A DNA stretch of 64,000 nt from NCBI GenBank assembly GCA_950097015.1, contig CATNEN010000038.1, positions 24,800,001-24,864,000 of the forward strand, given 5' to 3'. The translations under genes were made by a program, and so were the position numbers. Positions 1-12,024 of this stretch are shown here, piece by piece (the first letter of the stretch is position 1; every line of letters starts with the position of its first letter). This DNA comes from Macrostomum hystrix. Lineage: Eukaryota > Animalia > Platyhelminthes. Under the pieces are notes generated by a model, which worked only from the letters and a program-made list of their open reading frames with translations, made no database searches and was not told the origin of the DNA.

Positions 1-3
1 ATG

Positions 4-205
4 TACAAAACTTGATAACCTTTGGTAGAGCAACACGTTAGGCAAGTTATATGAAAAGAACAGCTTTGTATCTGCTTCCAGTCAAAAGCTGTCACCATTT
101 AAATTTGAAAAAAAGTTTAAACATTTTCTATCTCTCTGTAGTGTATTTTTTCGCGATAACCAGCCTTCTATTTTTTTCTAAGAAACGTTTCCCAAGTGGT
201 CCTTG
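4..205 (+). repeat. Unclassified interspersed repeat family E, copy 1
   Basis: Aligns by eye to 50245-50460 (ggtagagcaac...caagttatat.aaaagaacagctttg.atctgcttcca..caaaagctgtcaccatttaaat). Confidence 0.75.
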
Positions 206-356
206 CTGTGATTTTCTTTGAAAAAAAACAGTGCAGGATTCGGAAAAGGTTTAAGCTAGTGAAACTTGATTTCCGATCGATCCTATTTTTACATCAAGTG
301 GTTTTTCTAGAAAAACTTTCATTGCCTAGAACTATTGATCCTAGTATCATTATTAG

Positions 357-595
357 TTTCTGATCTCCTTCAGCTACAGCCACCTAACTCCTAGCCTCCT
401 CTCTGATCTCCTTCAGCTACAGCCACCTCACTCCTAGCCTCCTCTCTGATCTCATTCAGCTACAGCCACCTCATTCCTAGCCTCCTCTCTGATCTCCTTC
501 AGCTACAGCCACCTCACTCCTAGCCTCCTCTCTGATCTCCTTCAGCTACAGCCACCTCATTCCTAGCCTCCTCTCTGATGTTCTTCAGCCACAGC
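357..595. repeat. 43-bp minisatellite (~5.5 copies) overlapping the CDS end
   Basis: Unit ctgatctccttcagctacagccacctcactcctagcctcctct. Confidence 0.9.
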
Positions 596-1500
596 AGATC
601 GCCCACCTGCAGGTCCATCTCTCCGGTGCCAAACTGGACCCTAACTGCGTCGTCCTCTCTCTGGCAACGTCGTAGGCAGACCACTAGCAGTCGGAGGTCC
701 GGCCTACTGACACAGTCGCGGCCGAGGTGCAGCTCGCAGCTGGTGATGCTCAGCACCAGATGCTTCCCAGTCAGCTGACGGGCCTCGCCGCTTCCACGAC
801 GCACGCTGACCATCGAACAGTAGACAAGGTCGCTCAGCAACGGGCGGATCAGCGGCTTCAGCCGCTCTGACCAGCGGTGATAATCTGCGGCAGAACCGAA
901 ACGCATCAGCAAAAAGTCGCGTTGAAAAGTCAACGCCAGCAGCTGCTTGCCCGGCTGCTCCTGCGATGGAAGCCGCACGAATTGTTGAACATTTACATTT
1001 ACAATCTTTAAGATTCTCTCGTCATCATGCAGCCTCATTTAACCCTCGACTAATCACCCTTCCACACTCCTGCACCCACCCCTCCGCCACTCTTACACCC
1101 ACCCCTCCGCACTCCTTCACCCACCCCTCCGCCACTCTTACACCCACCCCTCCGCACACTTTCACCCACCCCTCCGCCACTCTTACACCCACCCCCCTTC
1201 TTCACCCACCCCATCCGCCACTCTTCTACCGACCCCTCCGCCACTCCTACACCCACCCACTCGACCCAGTCGCTGGCTGAGCCAGTTTCTCACCTGAAGC
1301 CAGACTAGCTGATCTACACTCAGTCTCTGGCGCCAGTGTCCGGCAATCATTTGGCGCCTGTCATCGTACCCAACGAGCTGCAGGCCGCCAGCCTCCAGCT
1401 GCAGCTGGAATAGTCGGCGATGTCGACGTTTCGCCTCTGTGTAGGCGTGGGCCTCAAGAAGGACTCGCTCGCTGCGTAGATTCACCTCGGATTCGGACAT
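520..1500 (-). CDS. PH-domain plus second PH/PTB-like domain protein (Dok/IRS-like architecture), 2 exons
   Basis: Exon 1 is 1500-1294 (MSESEV...LVWLQ, donor CAG|GTGAGA). Exon 2 is 960-520 (acceptor ccatcgcag|GAG). The phase-0 join reads WLQ|EQPGKQLLALTFQRDFLLMRFGSAADYHRWSERL, ending in a PH-type C-terminal Trp helix. Domain assignment is by eye. The 3' end runs into a 43-bp repeat, so further exons beyond the window are possible. Confidence 0.6.
1056..1262. repeat. C-rich minisatellite (cacccacccctccgccactctta type), intronic
   Basis: ~21-24-bp units; related arrays at 3915-4170 and 4890-5118. Confidence 0.85.
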
Positions 1501-1567
1501 TGATCTTTAAACTGCACGTTCTTTTCTTCTTGGCTTCTTGACGACTGCTGTTTAGTTTGAACTGCGC

Positions 1568-2180
1568 GAATGTCAGATTGGGGATATTGAATGTCAGATT
1601 GGGGATATTGAATGTCAGATTGGGGATATTGAATGTCAGATTGGGGATATTGAATGTCAGATTGGGATATTGAATGTCAGATTGGGGATATTGAATATCA
1701 GATTGGGGATATTGAATGTCAGATTGGGGATATTGAATGTCAGATTGGGATATTGAATGTCAGATTGGGGATATTGAATATCAGATTGGGGATATTGAAT
1801 GTCAGATTGGGGATATTGAATGTCAGATTGGGGATATTGAATGTCAGATTGGGGAAATTGAATTTCAGATTGGGGAAATTGAATTTCAGATTGGGGATAT
1901 TGAATGTCAGATTGGGGATATTGAATGTCAGATTGGGGATATTGAATGTCAGATTGGGGATATTGAATGTCAGATTGGGGATATTGAATGTCAGATTGGG
2001 GATATTGAATGTCAGATTGGGGATATTGAATGTCAGATTGGGGATATTGAGTGTCAGATTGGGGATATTGAATGTCAGATTGGGGATATTGAATGTCAGA
2101 TTGGGGATATTGAATGTCAGATTGGGGATATTGAATGTCAGATTGGGGATATTGAATTTCAGATTGAGAATATTGAGTTT
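1568..2180. repeat. 21-bp minisatellite
   Basis: Unit gaatgtcagattggggatatt, ~29 copies. Confidence 0.95.
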
Positions 2181-2761
2181 TAGGGAACATTTACCTTAGT
2201 TTGCAATAGTTAGTCTTGTACTTACTGCGTGACTTGGCTTGCTTAAATAGGGATTATTTCTTAATTTGCCCAATTATCTGTTCGGCCGCTTAACTACATC
2301 TTAGACGAGTTGCATATATACTCGAGTCAGAGCTGCTATCCTTTTATGGGCCACAGGTCGCTAATTGGATAGCTTTCGCGGACCAATGAAAGCTTGGATA
2401 GTCGAAGTTGCTGTTGCATTTAAAATGATGCCGCATTGCTTTACAAAGCTTTTCTGAAGTTTTAATTAGAAATTAAAGTCTATTACAAGCAACCACAAAA
2501 ATATTTACAACTTAAATACGAAGATTCACCAGCAAAGCTGATTGGCCAGTGAAGGTTGAACTGATTCTATTTTTAGAAATATCTTGGAGAAAACCCCTTT
2601 TTACGACACTTTAATCCTAGCCACGTGATTCGCGCCAACCAATCAAATTTCATGCTAGAGAATATTATTTGTTAATTTGCATTCCGTGGTCATTTTAACT
2701 TCGGATAAAAACCAGGGTTTTACTAGCGCATGTCCAAGTTCTCCGTTCAAAACTATTTCTA

Positions 2762-3030
2762 TAATAATACCAATTGTTGCAGGGCTGTGGGCAATAATGG
2801 CATCTCATTTGGTGACGCTAGACCCGCAGCCATGCAGAGAGGAGGCAATTCCGCCCATTTCTCTGACTCCTGAGCACACACGCACACAGGTACTGAAGCC
2901 AGGCAGACAATCACACATATGCCCTGACTTTCTCATCGTCAGGCAGTGTACACTGGAGGTTAGCTCTCAAGGGCGTAAATTGCATGACAAGCCACCAAGC
3001 CTTCTCTCCGTGGCTTCAATTGAATGTGGC
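2762..3030 (-). mobile_element. SINE family A copy (5' truncated)
   Basis: catttggtgacgctagacccgcagcc...ctgactcctgagc...ctgactttctcatcgtcaggcagtgtaca...tcaagggcgtaaattgca. Confidence 0.75.
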
Positions 3031-3914
3031 CTCGCCGCTGTAACTTCCGATTGCAATTTGACACTGAATCCAGGCAAAAACAACTGATGATGAAAATCTA
3101 TTGAGTCACTGGCAAAGAGAGCTCGGTAAAATGTATTTGTACGACAGCAATAGCCGAAATCTCGTGACAACGAAGTCAAAGACACGACACGAGGTGAGGA
3201 TCTCGAATGGGATCGACGATACAGCTGGGTTCTTTTTTGTCAGACTAGCTAGTAATTGATACAAGACCCGAATGAAAGATTTCTTTTAGGGCCCTCCAAC
3301 AAAGAGGACTCAAAGCGTTTCTGTATTATAATTCATACTTCGCCATGAAGCTTTTTAATTACACAGCTCAGGGCTGAGTCGATGATCTCAGGCAGGTACT
3401 GTGACTCTTTCATCTGCAGAGAGAAAGACTAGCTTTCTGTTTCTATTTCTAGACTCAAAAAGAGGCCGAGCAGCTACTGGAAATGCAAGCAACTTTGCCG
3501 CTGAAAGTTTCCTGTTCAAAATGATAATTATCAGTCTGCCGGCCGCACCTGCTGATGGAGCCGATGTCTTGGAAAATTGCCTGAGCGATGCGGAATAGAA
3601 AGGAGAGGCAATCTCGCATCTTCATGCTCCAGCTGTCAAATTTTCTCGATGCTCAATAATAATTATTTAAGCTACTTTGTTATGCTGCGACACAGCAATC
3701 ACTTTCTCGGAGTTTTAGCGTAAACAAATGATTTCCATATTTAGTCTGCTATAATTAAAAAGCCTGACTTATCAAATTATCAAAAAAGCGTCTTAATGCT
3801 TTATTGCAATCTCAAATCCATCTTATTGTTGCGATGGATACCGCTCGGATTGTTGAATTTTTCTATGTACAATCTTAAAGATCCACTCAGCCTCGTTTCA
3901 TACTCGACTAATCA

Positions 3915-4170
3915 TCCCTCTGCTATTCTTTCACCCACCCTCCGCCACTCTTACACCCACCCCTCCGCCACTCTTACACCCACCCCTCCGCACTCCTTCA
4001 CCCACCCCTCCGCACTCCTTCACCCACCCCTCCGCACTCCTTCACCCACCCCATCATCCAATCTTACACTGACCCCTCAGCCATTCTTGCACTCACCCCG
4101 CCACTCTTACACCCACCCCTCCGACACTCTTACACCCACCCCAGCGCCACTCCAACGCCCACCCCACGGC
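3915..4170. repeat. C-rich minisatellite, same family as 1056-1262
   Basis: cacccacccctccgccactcttacacc units. Confidence 0.85.
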
Positions 4171-4889
4171 ACCACCCAACCTGCCCTAGTACTTGTATAA
4201 GTACTTGCCCCAAGCTATAGTCTAACAAAACAGTCTGATAGTAAACTTCTTTAAATATCAGCACAAATTAAAATTTAAAACATCAACAACAGCTCCACCT
4301 AATTTAACTTCTATCCCTGTGAAAACGAACAAAATAGTTTACCTGTATATTTGACTTAGAGCCTTGTGGCTTATAGAAAAATCATTGCAATTTATTGTTT
4401 ATGTGAAGCAAAACAATGTAAATAAACTTGTTTTTCATGTAAATTTTGCTTGCGGAAAAGGAAACAGAAAGTAAACTGAAAACAGTTCAACTTAGACATG
4501 AAGTCGATTTTAATAATTGATTCGATCAAATAAAAAATTGAATAACAATCGCAGCTATTGCTTATACGTATGATAGCTTCCTTTAACTGCAGCGGGCAGA
4601 CTTAAATAAATAACCTATAGTCGATTTGCACAGGAAACAGATAGGGCTCTGAGAAAATATTTTTTAGGCGTAGAAAATCATATGGCCATTATATTGCACC
4701 TTAATTCATAGAAGCATGTAAATATTATACGCTTTGCAAATAAATATTTATTACCTCAGTGCTTTCTTTATTTAGGGTCGCAACAGGTTGTAGGCAAGCG
4801 GTTAGGGCGTAGGACAAACGAATCAAAAGTCGGGGTTCTATTCCTAATTACTAACTATACATTGCTTGATCAGTTCACCCAGCTGTTCT

Positions 4890-5118
4890 CCGGCACTCAT
4901 ACACCGACCCCCTCCGGCACTCCTACGCCCACCCCCTCCGGCACTCCTACGCCCACCCCCTCCGGCACTCCTACGCCCACCCCCTCCGGCACTCCTACGC
5001 CCACCCCCTCCGGCACTCCTACGCCCACCCCCTCCGGCACTCCTACGCCCACCCCCTCCGGCACTCCTACGCCCACCCCTTCCGGCGCACTTGCACCGAC
5101 CCCCCTACGCCACTCTTA
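4890..5118. repeat. 24-bp C-rich minisatellite
   Basis: Unit ccggcactcctacgcccaccccct. Confidence 0.9.
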
Positions 5119-5427
5119 CAGTCTGTACTTGACGATGACCGCCAATCAGATGGTGAGTGTCGGACGTACGAATTTTATCTCGTACTTATCAGGTCTAACT
5201 ATGGAATTTTTCCAGCCAATAGGAAATCATCACGCACGTGGTATTTATATAGTTATTATTAATTTAATATTATTAAGCTTGCAGTGATAAAAACTTTGAT
5301 GCTGTGACCCGAGGCAAAAATTGAAGAACACGAAATCAAACAAATTGAATGAAAACAACTCATTTTTTAACACGGAATCGGATAAAGAAGAGACTAAAGC
5401 AGGTTATTAATAAAAAGAATAACTGAA

Positions 5428-6811
5428 TCACAGGTCCATCGTGCGCTCCGTGTCCGCTGGCTGTCCTGTTGTCGCCGCAGTAGCAGCAGCAGCAGCGGCG
5501 GCAGCCGACGCCGATCTCTTGTTGGCGGCTACTCTCTCTGTGACGGCAGTCAGGTCTAGCACAAACTGCTGCACTCGGGTCAGCTGCTCGGATGTGACCT
5601 GCCCGATGTCGCCACCGCCGGACTGTACAGCCGCGTCTGCCACCTGCTGCAACTGGTGGAAGCCCCTGTACTTGCCAACCATCTGGCACAGATTGTAAGA
5701 CGCCACCCGCACAGTGCCAATCTGCATGGTTCTGTCCGCCACCGAGTTTTTTATTAATGTCCACTCCGCTTCGCGCTTCATAGCTGTACTGGTGGCTGCC
5801 TCTAGTCGCTCCTGCAGGCCGCTCAGTGCATTGTTCTGGCTCAGTACCTCATTGGCTTTCGCCTCCTTGTAGGCCAACTGCTGGGCACGGCATATTTCGA
5901 TGCTCTCCTGTGTGGCCTGCTCTCGGCTCTTCAAATCCTGCAATACCAGTTTGGTTCAGTTGGGGATTTGGGAGTGCCAAAAGGGATTCGGCAGTGCCCA
6001 TTGCTGACTGACGGAACAGTCAGTTTAACTGCAAGCAGGTTAATTTAGCAGGTTCCTATTGAATTATCTATCAATCTTACCTTATACGTTGAACTGAGCG
6101 TCTCGAATCGATCGACAACTTCGCGAATCTCCGTGAACTCGTCAGACGCTTCGATGACTGTTTCCAGGTAGCGTTGAAAGGCTAAATATCGATCTGCCAA
6201 GCTGCTGAGGCGTTCACGTAGATCGGAATAAATCAGCATATCCTCCTGTATCCGAGCTATCTCCTGCTCCTTCTGGCGTCGGTAGGACCTCTCCTCGGTG
6301 GCCTTCTTAACCGCGCGCACCCGTTTAGCGTCAGTCTCTTTTAGGAAGCGGTCGAATTTCAGCAGGCTCTCCTTCAGCTGCTGCTCTTTCTTTTCAAGCT
6401 CCTCGCGACGCTGCTGAAGCGACTCCATCTTCATTTGGAATTCTTCTTTTTGGGCCTGAATTAAATTGTTTTAGTGTGGAAATTGATATCAGTGTAATAC
6501 TACTGTGAGTGGGGCTTCTAAGATAAGGAAATTTCGTTTTTCTTACACTGAGCGCTGTTTCAACTTCCATCATTTCCCGCTTTTTCTCCAGTAATCTTGT
6601 GGCCGACGTTAGGTGGTCATCTTCGCGTTCAGGCATTTTCCTTTCAGGGTAAAAGGAAGTTCAGCGGGTGAAATAATCTACGAGTATGTTTGTCAATCGG
6701 TGTGAACTGTGATGTTCTGAATGAAAGTAATTATTTTATTGATTGAAACACTTACACAAGCATTTTGTCCTCAAATCTGGACTTGAAGTAATCTTCGATG
6801 CTTCCTGTCAT
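5428..6811 (-). CDS. CFAP73: CFAP73/CCDC42-family ciliary coiled-coil protein (DUF4200), 4 exons, ~344 aa
   Basis: Exons 6811-6756, 6640-6547, 6455-6081, 5937-5428; all introns GT-AG and phase-compatible. Family-typical motifs TSATRLLEKKREM and KEQQLKESLLKFDRFLKETDAKRVRA. CFAP73 versus CCDC42 cannot be resolved by eye. Confidence 0.85.
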
Positions 6812-8713
6812 TTCTACAACAATGCTTCTGAAAAAAGTTGGTGAAGTAAAAAAGCTATTGAAATGAATAAATTAAGCTTTAAACGATATTGCTTCATTTT
6901 TACATGCTATTTCGTTTTATGTGGTAGAAAGAAATAATGCGAAACGAGGAACGTTCACTTTAGGGAATGAAAAACATGGCGCGATACATATGCATTGCAC
7001 CACCTTCGAGTCAAAAGGTATTAACACGCGAAAAAAATGTATTTTTTAATGTTCAGATCAACAAACAGAAGCGCTTATTGTTTCTTAATCTTAGTTTGTT
7101 ATTAAGTTGTCTATAGCTATATATTTTATTAAACATAGAAAATAGGCAGGTATCTTGATTCGAGTCATATAATATAACATTAAATATGACACTTATAATA
7201 TGACATATATGTGTTATATTATATTATTTTAATTACACTAGGGCCCTCATTGGCCAAATTAAACTAGCGCGCGAAATATTTTTATATTTTCTTTTATATG
7301 CTACAAATCTATACATAATCTTTGTTTTACTCCACTGAAATATACTGGGAGTGTTATATTATATTATTTTATTATTCAATTCAATAGGATTTTGGTATAA
7401 ATACAGAGGGGTTTTCATATAGGAAGCTAACTGTTCGGTCTGCCATTAAATTGGAGCTTAAACAGTTCAGTCTCTTTGTGAGCATACTGAAAAAGCCTTA
7501 CTTATTTCTAAGGGAGTGGAAACCGTTAAAACCGATCCGGGAAAAAGCCAGAGTACAGACTGGCCAAAAGAGCCTGAATTATCTGACTAAAGTGTCTGAA
7601 ACATCTGAGAGCAGTGTCTCTAGAACTGCCTAGATCTAATATCTAGAACACTACTGGCAGAAGGCCAGAACTATCGTGTTAAGAGCCACCTACCCAAACT
7701 ATCAGTAGTTTGAATCAATCCACCCAACGGGGGTGCGGTATAATGATTGTATAGGTCACTTTAAGTGACTGAAAACAATAAATAAGGAAGTTAGGCCAAC
7801 CATTTGCAGTATGCATTACTAAAGAGGAGAAGTTGAATTACTAGGAAAGTTCAATATAGAAGAAGCACTACAACATATTCATTTCTGCTAAACAAATTAA
7901 ATTTTGATTAACATATTCAATGTTAGGATTATTAAAATGGCCACATAGCTTAAAGCAGTATTCCCCGTAAAAAAACTCAACATTAAAGTAACATTTCGGA
8001 CGCTAGAACATCAAATAAAAGGCCTTACATATTTACTACCGACGCAGAACATTTTACATATGCTTTATATACGATTAACAAAGGAATATGACACTGTCTA
8101 CGCAAAATGATACAAATGTAAATATTCGCATAACTATATAAATTAGTAAAATTCATTTAAAATTCGAAGAATTGCGCTTTGATATTAGCCATGCGAGTTA
8201 TACATCTCAAATCTTATTATCTCTCTATTGGCATAGTACATTCTATATGAGAAGCGTGTTTGATGATGTGGTCTAGACGCGTACTATTGATTTAAAGCTG
8301 AAAAGCTGACTGCTTTTAATTCCAAACAAATTTTAGTTGTCCTAAGATGCAACAGTTTTAAACTGTACAAGTCAATGAAAAATGTGTTTATTAATAATAA
8401 TTTATTTTTTTAGGTAAAATGTTTTAGCAAAACACAAAAGCAGTCAAACTTTAAATAACGTTTGTTTGAACACGATAAAATAATATTTCAGATTTGAATT
8501 ATCAATAGTTATCGAGTTTTATAACCTGGATTATTCGAATGCATATTTTAAATCGTTTGTTAGATTGTTCGTTACATTTGATACTTTTGGTTTTAGTATT
8601 CTTAATAGTTTTTTTCATTTGTATTAAACTTCGCATACTTTTTTTTCATACCAGAACAACTTTATTTTATAGTAACACATTTTGCAAAACGAATTTTCAT
8701 CTCCTGAAAAAGA

Positions 8714-11673
8714 ATGATAATGTCTATGAGACTTTTCGGTTCATCTGTAATAAATTATTGGTCAAAATCCATCGGCAGGTAAGCATCAGACAGACAGATA
8801 CTAGATTCAACTCACTCTCCATATTGTTTGTATATTTTTTAGAGCTAATAAGTAAAGCTTGAGAAGAAAAAAAAGAGAATTATTTTATCTATAATTTCAT
8901 AATACACTTTTTAAACCAACGATACTTAGATTCCAAGCAATAAATTTGTCTTATTGTTACTTTAGTTCTAGCAGCATATGCTTTGCATTGACTAAGGAAA
9001 ATGCAGCTGAATATTTTATGTTTTAATACTTTATTTAATTATCTAATTTACTAATTGTCTCTGTTGAAACTACATTATTTCTAAATAATTGAAAAGCGAT
9101 AAATTTGAATTTATTAAAGAAAAATGTAGCAAATGAGATTTAAAGCTTTATGGCCGCAACCGTGTGAATTAAAAAACCCTAAAAGATATTTTTTAATACA
9201 TCGGAAATATAATTTTTTTAATTAACAATTAATTTTAGCGTGCTGTTAACTTTCTGTACTTATACAGTTTTCCAGACTAAATTTCATGTTTTATATAGAA
9301 TCAGTTTACACTAAACTATTTTTAGTGTCTTTAACCTAATTAAAAACTAAAAAAGTGCTACATGCTTGCTAATTGAAATTTATCTACTTTATCAAAGTAT
9401 TCACAAACTTTTTTGTTCATTTAATGATATGCACAAAATTTGTCAGCCTTCGACAGGTGCATAACAGTGCCAGCTCACTGGGCTTGCTGAAGGGTCTTGG
9501 CGGCAGCTCAAAAAAGGGCGCCAATGACAGCAGTGGTAAGCAGGAAGGCATTGGCGCCCAGAGCAACCGTCTTTCAGATGGACAGGATATCTTTGAGCTG
9601 CAGAGTAAGTGCCTAATGATTTATTGATTTAAAAAATATAAATTAATAGTTACAGGATCTTCACCTAGACTGAACTCATAAAACTTGCAGTTCACCTTGT
9701 CAGGCCTCATTTCATGCAAAACTACTTAGGAGAGACGTGAGTAATGGCTTCTCTGTCTTAATAATCATTTAAAAAACTTTAGTTCTATTTTTTTAACTTC
9801 TACTACATTTGGTGACAGTCAGGTGACCTTGCTTTCAGAGAGTTACCCCGGATTTCAGAGAGTTACCCCGGATTTCAGAGAGTTATCCTGGATTTCAGAG
9901 GGTTATCCTGGATTTCAGAGGGTTATCCTGGATTTCAGAGGGTTATCCTGGATTTCAGAGGGTTATCCTGGATTTCAGAGGGTTATCCTGGATTTCAGAG
10001 AGTTATCCTGGATTTCAGAGGGTTATCCTGGATTTCAGAGAGTTATCCTGGATTTCAGAGGGTTACCCTGGATTTCAGAGAGTTACCCTGGATTTCAGAG
10101 GGTTACCCTGGATTTCAGAGAGTTATCCTGGATTTCAGAGGGTTACCCCGGATTTCAGAGGGTTATCCTGGATTTCAGAGGGTTATCCTGGATTTCAGAG
10201 GGTTATCCTGGATTTCAGAGAGTTATCCTGGATTTCAGAGGGTTATCCTGGATTTCAGAGAGTTATCCTGGATTTCAGAGGGTTACCCTGGATTTCAGAG
10301 AGTTATCCTGGATTTCAGAGGGTTACCCTGGATTTCAGAGAGTTATCCTGGATTTCAGAGGGTTACCCCGGATTTCAGAGGGTTATCCTGGATTTCAGAG
10401 GGTTACCCTGGATTTCAGAGGGTTACCCTGGATTTCAGAGAGTTATCCTGGATTTCAGAGGGTTACCCCGGATTTCAGAGGGTTACCCTGGATTTCAGAG
10501 AGTTATCCTGGATTTCAGAGGGTTACCCTGGATTTCAGAGGGTTACCCCGGATTTCAGAGGGTTACCCTGGATTTCAGAGGGTTACCCTGGATTTCAGAG
10601 GGTTACCCTGGATTTCAGAGGGTTACCCTGGATTTCAGAGAGTTACCCTGGATTTCAGAGGGTTATCCTGGATTTCAGAGAGTTATCCTGGATTTCAGAG
10701 GGTTACCCTGGATTTCAGAGGATTTCAGTCTTCGGTGTTACCAATGAAAGCTACATTTAATTGGCATTGCTGCATATCCTTACCCAACGCAGCAAGCGTT
10801 TTGTTGAGCTATTCGAAGACAAAGACTCCGGTGCTGAACTATTGGGCTCATTCACCTGCGAAATTGGTCCACAAGACGAAGCTGTACATATCTGGCGATT
10901 TCGTGGCGGCTACCGGGCCTACCAGAAGCACTATCACATGTACAGATCGGACGCTGAACTACTCAGCTATCGACAAAAGCGCAACGAGATGCTGCGGTCG
11001 AGGCGAAATCAGCTGTGCCTTCGATTCACCTTCTGGCCAGAGTTGGCTCCCAGAACTGGAGATCATATCTACGAGCTGCGAAGCTACAATCTGAGGCCGG
11101 GTGAGTTGCACAATTGGAGTACAATCTACAATTGTCCGACGACGGAGAAGGACGACGATGGGAGACACCCTTCCGTAGCCTTTATAAAGGCACTGGCGCA
11201 TCATTTGGTGACACTAGACTCGCAGCTCACACGCACACAGGTGTGTACACCTGGCCTGACTTTCTCATCGTCAGGCAGTGTACACTCTCACTGTGCCTTG
11301 AAGGTCGGCCCTCAAGACCCCAAATGACCTTGATGCGAGAGGCAAACGCGTTAGACCGCTCTGCCGCTGACCCCTGCACCGCAACTAACTGAAATGTCCA
11401 GGCAACCTGCTGGAGTGGGGCAACTACTGGGCCAGCGGTATGCGCATTCGAGGCGGTGACAATGAGGCCGTGTGCGGCCTGTTCTCACACATCGGCGAGC
11501 AGCACCAGGTGCATCACCTGTGGTGCTACAACGATTTGGCGCATAGAGACGACGTTCGAAATCTGGCCTGGCACCATCCGGCCTGGGCGGACACTGTGCG
11601 TAAAACAGTCGCCCTGGTCGACACAATGAGCTGCCGGGTGCTTAAGGCTACACCTTTTAGTCCGTTGCAGTAA
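8714..11673 (+). CDS. NIPSNAP: NIPSNAP-family mitochondrial protein, 5 exons, ~282 aa
   Basis: Exons 8714-8778, 9447-9604, 9691-9736, 10793-11100, 11402-11673; GT-AG and in phase. The N-terminus MIMSMRLFGSS...LRQVHNS is Ser/Arg-rich with no acidic residues, like a targeting peptide. Motifs IGPQDEAVHIW, IYELRSYNLRPGNLLEWGNYW, GLFSHIG..VHHLW and C-terminal PFSPLQ. Confidence 0.92.
9822..10728. repeat. 20-bp minisatellite in NIPSNAP intron 3
   Basis: Unit (g/a)gtta(t/c)cctggatttcagag, ~45 copies. Confidence 0.95.
11192..11380 (-). mobile_element. SINE family A copy with internal deletions, in NIPSNAP intron 4
   Basis: catttggtgacactagac...ctgactttctcatcgtcaggcagtgtacac...gcgagaggcaaacgcgtta. 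Confidence 0.7.
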
Positions 11674-12024
11674 CTTGGGATTCTTTGTGTTTTTTGTATC
11701 TCTAGAATTTAGCTATTGGTTTTCGTTTGATTAACTTAGTATTAACATTGTTTCACAGCTATTTGTAAAGAGTAGATTGGCGTCACAGATTTTAGTAAGA
11801 CCAGCTTTTTAGATTTTAGATTTTTTTTACTTTTTTTAATTTGAATATGTTCTCTTTTGATAGTTTTGTATTATTGCTAACGAATTAAATATAAATGTTT
11901 TTTAAGTTTGTTTGAAAAAACTAAATCGAAAGATAGAATTTGTTCTCCGTTGCAGTGCTGCGAAAATAAATTTCTGGCAATAAAGTTTTGTCTCCGTATA
12001 TTTCTACCTCTCCACTTATTTTGA

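Noticed and set aside
1654-2199. Repetitive ORFs here and at 4862-5287, 11988-13044, 16117-16705, 49681-50038, 54457-54914, 58054-58696, 61162-62527 and 63630-63950
   Set aside because: They are stop-free frames of minisatellites, often on both strands or in several frames, with indels that ignore frame.
7106-7120. RFX X-box upstream of ciliary CFAP73 (GTTGTCTATAGCTAT); partial matches also near 13146 and 44263
   Set aside because: Only one half-site matches well, which is too weak without conservation data.
9823-11094. 423-aa ORF
   Set aside because: It is a translation of the 20-bp repeat that then overlaps a NIPSNAP exon in the wrong frame.
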